DNA from: Camelus ferus
Lineage: Eukaryota
DNA length: 64,000 nucleotides
Reading direction: 5' to 3'
NCBI RefSeq assembly: GCF_009834535.1
Contig: NC_045716.1
Location: 24,552,001-24,616,000, forward strand
Shown here: in pieces, positions 57,748 to 64,000 of the stretch
Position numbering within the stretch: position 1 is the first letter of the stretch
How the letters are laid out: the number at the start of each line of letters is the position of its first letter
Notes under the pieces: model-generated
The model's input: only the letters and a program-made list of their open reading frames with translations
What the model was told of the DNA's origin: nothing
Database searches by the model: none
Translations under genes and position numbers: made by a program

Positions 57748-60700
57748 TTAAGATGAAACAGTTTCCATGGAAACTCCAGTATGAGGCTCTGGGGGCCCTC
57801 CCGCCCCAGTCACTTGTGCCTCTCTGTCCGCTGTCTCCCTCCCTGTGACTGCTACAGCGCCTGCTTCAGCCACCGCTTCAACCACGGTGCCATCAACTCC
57901 ATTGGGCTGCTGTCGGGCCATGGCCTCCAGCTGGAGGCGGTACTGTTCTGCCTCCTGCTCTTTCTTTAGGAGCTGGTGTCGGTATTCCTGGGCTCTTCGG
58001 TTAGCCTCCTGGAGCTGCTGCTGAAGTAGCTCTCTCTCAGTGCCTTCCTGTAAAAGTCAACCACCACAGGTAAGAATTCCTGATCACAGATTACGCAGAT
58101 AAAGAAGGGTTCGGACCTTGACAGTTCTGACTTTTGAGTCTTTGCCTTCTCTTCTCTCGACACTGCTAAAAACATTACCTTGCTTTCCTCCACCACGCTG
58201 TTTGTCATCTCTTCTACCCTTGGTTTCTTGGTCAGTGGCAATTTCTCTGTTTCTTCTGCCTCTTCTTCAATGACAGTCTCCTCTGCAACCTGACCAGCAG
58301 GTACAGTTAGAACTATAAGCCAAAGGACACCAATTGGAGGTGATGAATACACAGTAAAGCAAAGAATTTTTGCTTACTTTGAATTAGAAAATAAACTAAA
58401 ATTTATTTTCTGATCTCTTACTGTTCATATCTCTTTGGATTTTAGAATCAATAGGTAAGGCATGGCTTTACGGAAACAGAAAGGGTTAGAGAGGCACTGA
58501 GAAGAGCTCAGAAAGGAAGGGTGAAAACTTGTGAGTTTGGAAGCCATGCAGTTAAGACCTAGGTCTAAGGCTTTTATATAAAGATGTCTGACTGTAGATC
58601 AGAAGCTGTGACCACTTAGCTTACAACTCTGCAGGAATAACTTGTCTAAAGTAGCCCTAATATCTTAAATAAGAAGTTTGAGAAACCTTTCATGAAAGCA
58701 GTTTGCCATTAACTGTATCTAATTTAATTATTTTTATTCTCATAGATAAGTGAGAAAGGGTTAACACACGTATGCACCTAACACACATGANNNNNNNNNN
58801 NNNNNNNNNNNNNNNNNNNNNNNNNNNNNNNNNNNNNNNNNNNNNNNNNNNNNNNNNNNNNNNNNNNNNNNNNNNNNNNNNNNNNNNNNNNNNNNNNNNN
58901 NNNNNNNNNNNNNNNNNNNNNNNNNNNNNNNNNNNNNNNNNNNNNNNNNNNNNNNNNNNNTGACACAGCAATTGTACTTCTGGATAGCTATCTCAGAAAA
59001 CTGAACATTCATGTTCCCATAAAACCTGGACATGATTGATCAAAACAGCTTTATTCATATATAGCCAAAACCTGGAAACAATGTCCTTCAGTGGGTAAAT
59101 GATTAAACAAACTATGGTATATCTATACCATGGAATACTGCTCAGCAATAAAAGGAAATGAATTACTGACACAAACATCAATTTGGATGGTCCTTAAAGG
59201 GAATTATGCTGAGAGAAAACAGCCAGTCTCAAAAGACTATATACTGCATGATTCCATTTATATAACACTCTTGAAATGACAAAAGTATAGAGATAGAGAA
59301 CAGATGAGTCAGCGGTTGCCAGTGGTTTGGAATGTGGTGGGAAGGAAAGTGGCTGAGGACACACAAGAGCAGCACAAGGGACCCTTGTGGTGGAGCTGTT
59401 TTGTGTCTTGACTGACAGCGCTCATACAAATCTACAAACTTACTAAACTGCACAGAACACAGACTCATAAATGAACACATATAAAACTGGAAAAAAAAAT
59501 CTCAATAAGGCTGGTGGATTATATCAAGGTCAATTTCCTGTCTGTGATAACTATACTAGAGTTATGCAAAGTGTTACCTTGGGGGAAACTGGGTGATGGG
59601 CACATGGGATCTCTCTGTATTATTTCTTACAATTGTACAAGAATAAATCTGTGACTATCTCAAATTTAAAGTCTCAGCTTTCCTTCTTTGGGCCTGATTA
59701 AACACATTTGTAAGAAGTAGTCCAGTTTATCTAGGCAAAACCTCAAATTTTATTTTTTTCCTTAAAACAACTCCAGTCCTATTTACTTAACTCTGTTATA
59801 AGCAGTCTCTCACTTACCCAATGAGCCCCCCAAAACTTTAAATGATAATCATGTTCACAAAAACATCAGTAGTATATTTCCAAATAAAACTAATAAGAAC
59901 TTATGATATCAAAGCTTAGATTTAATTCCTATTCTTCCTTCCCATACTGCCAAAGATCCATCAATTCAAATAATTTGAAAATTATGAAATCCCCATAATT
60001 ATTTAGGCCAAGTCAAAATTTTGGTAACACAAAAGGCAACTATACCTTGCAGATACTGATTGGTATATATAAAATAGATAAACAAGTTTATACTGTATAG
60101 TACAGGGAAATATATTCAATATCTTATAGTAGCTAATGGTGAAAAAAGAAAAATGAATATATGTATATTTATGTATGACTGAAGAATTGTGCTGTACACC
60201 AGAACTTGACACAACATTGTAAACTGACTATACCTCAATAAAAAAAACTTTTTTAATTAAAAAAAAAGGCAACTATACCAACCCTCCTCTTTCAACCTCC
60301 AGTATTTTTGAGGAATAAAGTTGTAATGATTAGTTTCTTTGTTTTCAAAAAAAATTTACTTATGTATTTTCTGAGTAAGTAATACATTCACATGGTTCAA
60401 AAATTAAAGTTATAAAAGCAAATATATTGAAAAGCTTCTCATCCATCCCCAGCAACCCAGGTGCCCTGCCAGAAGGGAAAAATTGTAACAATGTTATTTC
60501 TGAATGTGAGTCCAGAGACAGTCTATGAATAGATTAGCAAATATACACATATTTCCCCCTTTTTAAAAATATAAATGTAGCATATTCTACACACCTCCTC
60601 AATCTTGCTCTTGTCACTTAATATGGAGGTCAGACCATAATAGTGTATAGGAAACTTTCTTATTTTTAATAGCTGCATAGTATTCTGTTGCAAGGGTGTA

Positions 60701-63506
60701 CCATAGTTTATTTATCCAGTTCCTTAATGACTTCTACTGAGTTCTTTTTAATCTTTGATGATTACAAATAATACTGTAATGAATAATTTAGTATGTATAT
60801 CATTTCTGTGTGCGAACATAAATTCATAGAAAAATAACTTTTTAGCCAAAAGGTATGTGCATCTTTAATACTGACAATTTGCTCTTCAGACACTGCATTA
60901 ATTTACATTCTCACCAGTGACTTGTAAGAGTGCCTGTTTCCCCATACCTTTGACAAAACAGTGTTTTCATGGTATCTCAGTGTAGTATTTATTATTTGTA
61001 TTTCTCTTGCTATGAATGAAATAAGTTGAATGTATTTTCCTATTTTTAAAAGCCATCAGTATTTTCTTTTCTGTGAACTATTGGTTCACATTATTTGCTC
61101 TTTTTTCTACTAGTGTTATTGGTGTTACTCACAGATTTTATATACATTAGGGGAATCAGCCTTTGCCAGCTTGGTTTCTGTTTCTTTTTCAGAGCTTCTT
61201 TGCCCCATCTGGCATCTGGCATCTGGCATTCTCCCATTCCTATTACTTGCCCTAATGCCTCATTTTTAGAGGTGTGTTGGATGTCTAAAATATCTTTTAA
61301 TAAACAAGTGTCTAAACAGGGTAACTCACCTTGCTGTCCATCTTGCATAGTTACAATAAATGGCTGACCAATGTTCCCAGTAGGGATTGCAGTTTGGATA
61401 TTACCCAGAGGGACTCCATCGGTCACTATGGTGATGACCCTCTGGCCTCCACTCCCCACCACTTGCTGGATTGATGAGTCAACAGAATTTCCCTCCATGA
61501 TTTCCTCAGAATTAGCTAGAGAAGACAGAAGTAAATATAAAATTTCACTTTAGAAACAGGAGTATAGTCATTTCAGCCTCCTTGAAATTGATACCAGGGC
61601 TAGGAAAACTTGAAAAAAAAATGTAGCTTTAATTGTTCACAAAAGCTCTTGTAAATAATGCTAAGTCAGAGGAAAAAATAAAACAGGGAATGCGTCAGAA
61701 CAGTATTTACTAAAATTTCTTCATTGACATATTAGCTTTCACTAAAGATGGATTCTATGTACAAATACATTTTCAAAACACTGGTTTAAATATGCTTAAA
61801 TTTTTGTGTTTGTTTGTTTTGTAGGAAGTATCAGAGACCCCAATAAGCTAATGAACATTGTGATTCTCTAATAGGGAATAAGATATGCTGAATTTCCCCA
61901 ACATATTTGATCTTGGAACTCCTTTTTCAGGAAGTATCTTCAAAGTCCAAATAAATCTGTGGAGCCTAGAAAAATAATTATAAATTAGAGAAGATCTATT
62001 TCTACAAGAAATAAAGGCATTTAAGAGTGAATTAATAAAATTATATGTCAAGAAGTCAAAGCACTGGAGTTTGATGGTCAACAACAGTAGGTGGCTTCTC
62101 CCACCTGACAGATCAACAGTAACAGGAACAGCAGCTAAGGCTGACTGCTCACTGTGCGCAGGTGCCTTTCTGAGAGCTGTGCGCACACTATATTGAAGAC
62201 AGATTTTCAGTCTAGTTAGTCAATATCTCCAACAACTACCAGGGGGACCAGCCCCTGGCACTTTGGGATTTCTGTATCTAGAGTCCCTAGTAGAAACTGG
62301 CAACAAGTGAGGTAGGGACTATCCATATGAGGCACATTCAGGCAGTTTAATGGAAAAAGAGTACTCACACCTCTCAGAAACAAAGAACAGTCAGATTTAC
62401 AGCTGAAAGGACCCTGATAGATAATCTAGTCCAACTACCACGCCAGAGACGAGGAGACTGAGACCTGGAGAAGTTAAGAGATTTACCCAACGTCAAAGAG
62501 CGAATCAAGAGTAACAAGCAGAAGTTTAATACATTGCTTTTCCCTCTGCCATGCTGCTCACTCACACACATCTGAGCAGAGATCTTTACGACTACCTCCA
62601 GTCGGAAAAACAGGATTGGAGGAATATTCTCACCGCTCAGGTATCAATGGCAGAAAGAAATCAACAATCTGCTTTCATTTCTGATGGAGCAGACTGCCAG
62701 AGGGTTCCAGAAAGATTCCTAGATGACTGTTTAGCCCTACCTATGACTATCTGCTCCTACCTATAAGAAGCCTCAAGCCAAAAAAAAAGAAAAAAAAAAG
62801 CAGCAGCCTTAAGCCTTTTCCCTATAAGCCACTAGCTCTGGCTAAGTGACCTGAAACCTTTCTGATTTAAAATCAAAAGGGCACTATACAGAATATATCT
62901 GTGGAAAGCCACTGGAAATGCCAAAATAACATGTCCATTGAAAATAAAAGCAAGCCAACCTGAGCTACACAGGATATAACCAAACGAGAGTGACAGCAGC
63001 CCCACGTGTTTCGATGCTTTAACACACGACATCTAGGCCTCTACTTTCAATTATTCTATGATAGCATCAGTCAAAACATAACACAGAGCATTTCCAAACC
63101 TCTGCTAATATAAGACTAAACATTTCAATCTGATGCAACTGGAGTCAAGGCAAACAAACTTGAAGCTGTAAAAATACAAAGGGATAACAGTCATTCTCTG
63201 ACATTGTTCAGCTGGCTGATTACATCACTTGGGATTTTTTTTTTCTTTCTGAAGCTCAATGATTCTACAACCCTTTTTCCTAGCTGTCTCTAACCATAAT
63301 TCTTTAACATTTCATGCAAATTAAATCTGCTGGAGATTTAAAAACAAACGAAGAAATAGTGATTCACCCAGCAGATATCCCTCACCTACCTGCGGCTCTG
63401 TGTGAGCTGGAGAGGGGGGCTGATGCGTCAGCTAGAGCTGCAAGGGTGGCCAGCACTGAGGCGGTAGAATTTGAGAAGAGTGCTGTTGAGGAGGCATAGG
63501 GAGCAC
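57748..63506 (-). CDS. GABPB2: GA-binding protein subunit beta-2, last four coding exons (5' part lies outside the window)
   Basis: Minus-strand exons 63506-63390, 61515-61330, 58312-58179, 58047-57748, GT-AG and in phase. Reads ...[15 protein letters not shown]... / [34 protein letters not shown] / [12 protein letters not shown] / [37 protein letters not shown] (leucine zipper) ...METVSS*. Confidence 0.95.
58791..58960. other. N gap (170 nt) in a GABPB2 intron
   Basis: Run of N. Confidence 0.99.
58965..59665 (+). mobile_element. L1MC/MD-type 3' region in a GABPB2 intron
   Basis: CAGCTTTATTCAT...CAAAACCTGGAAACAA...ATGGAATACTGCTCAGCAATAAAAGGAAATGAA...TACTGCATGATTCCATTTATAT. Confidence 0.75.
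60047..60263 (+). mobile_element. Young 5'-truncated L1 3' end
   Basis: ATACTGTATAGTACAGGGAAATATATTCAAT...GCTGTACACCAGAACTTGACACAACATTGTAAACTGACTATACCTCAATAAAAAA, with a perfect 16-bp TSD AAAAGGCAACTATACC at 60031-60046 and 60264-60279. Confidence 0.9.
60340..61120 (-). mobile_element. Old L1 (L1ME-like) 3' fragment
   Basis: CTTATTTTTAATAGCTGCATAGTATTC...GTACCATAGTTTATTTATCCAGTT...ACAAATAATACTGTAATGAATA is antisense L1M 3'UTR text. Confidence 0.6.
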
Positions 63507-64000
63507 CTATTTTGGTAAAAAAGGCAAATGAGGTCTGGAGGAGAGAATAAATGGAGATGAACTAAGAATGGCTTACTAAATCAAAACTGTAGCTTTTCAC
63601 TCTGATGTCCTTAATCTTGCTCGCTAACATAAACTAATATAAACCAATTATCATGGTGCTAAAACTCTTCTAAGTTCTCCCTTTAAAAGGGTTTAAGGTA
63701 ATATGCTTGGTATAGGGCCACTACATTCCCCTCACTTGATCGTTCTCTTGGCACTGCCTGTGCTGAGCAGACCAAGAGTGCCACCCACTCCCTAGGCTGG
63801 CGGTGCAGAGCTCTCCCCGGCAGCAGGCAGTAAGGCAGCAGGCAGGAAGCATACAAAGCACGTCATGCCAGCCAAGAGCCAAGCAGCGGCGCGGGAACAG
63901 GTTCCTCCCGGGCTTTACTCAGCCATGCTACCTCTGTGCGTCAGCTAGAGAGGTGAGAAGACCAGGACTGACCTCTAGTGCGAGGACATTAAAAACCTTA

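Noticed and set aside
1-64000. CRISPR arrays, operons or other prokaryote-type systems
   Set aside because: This is eukaryotic intron-exon DNA; no regularly spaced repeat-spacer arrays were seen.

Overview
Mammalian genomic window, very probably a camelid (alpaca/camel), judged from eight copies of a tRNA-derived Vic-1-like SINE. It is syntenic with human 1q21.3, read in reverse: VPS72(+) - TMOD4(+) - SCNM1(-) - LYSMD1(+) - TNFAIP8L2(-) - SEMA6C(+) - 3' part of GABPB2(-). I traced exons and splice sites by hand. TMOD4 (345 aa), SCNM1 (229 aa), LYSMD1 (226 aa) and TNFAIP8L2 (184 aa) are intact. The first two coding exons of SEMA6C are mostly hidden by N gaps. VPS72 exon 2 carries an apparent +1 G frameshift, which an alternative CAG acceptor 7 nt downstream could rescue. 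Introns and intergenic DNA hold MIR, L2, L1, CR1, hAT and ERVL remnants. I see no convincing wholly new genetic system. The best leads are the VPS72 frameshift and possible rescue, a dense MEF2/E-box muscle module in SEMA6C intron 2, an orphan promoter-like CpG region past the SEMA6C 3' end, a UGAUG stop-start uORF relevant to TNFAIP8L2-SCNM1 read-through RNA, a (Pro-Thr)n/G4 insertion in the SEMA6C tail, and two adjacent SINEs with identical private tails. Gene identities and comparisons to human rest on recalled orthologue sequences, not on database searches.
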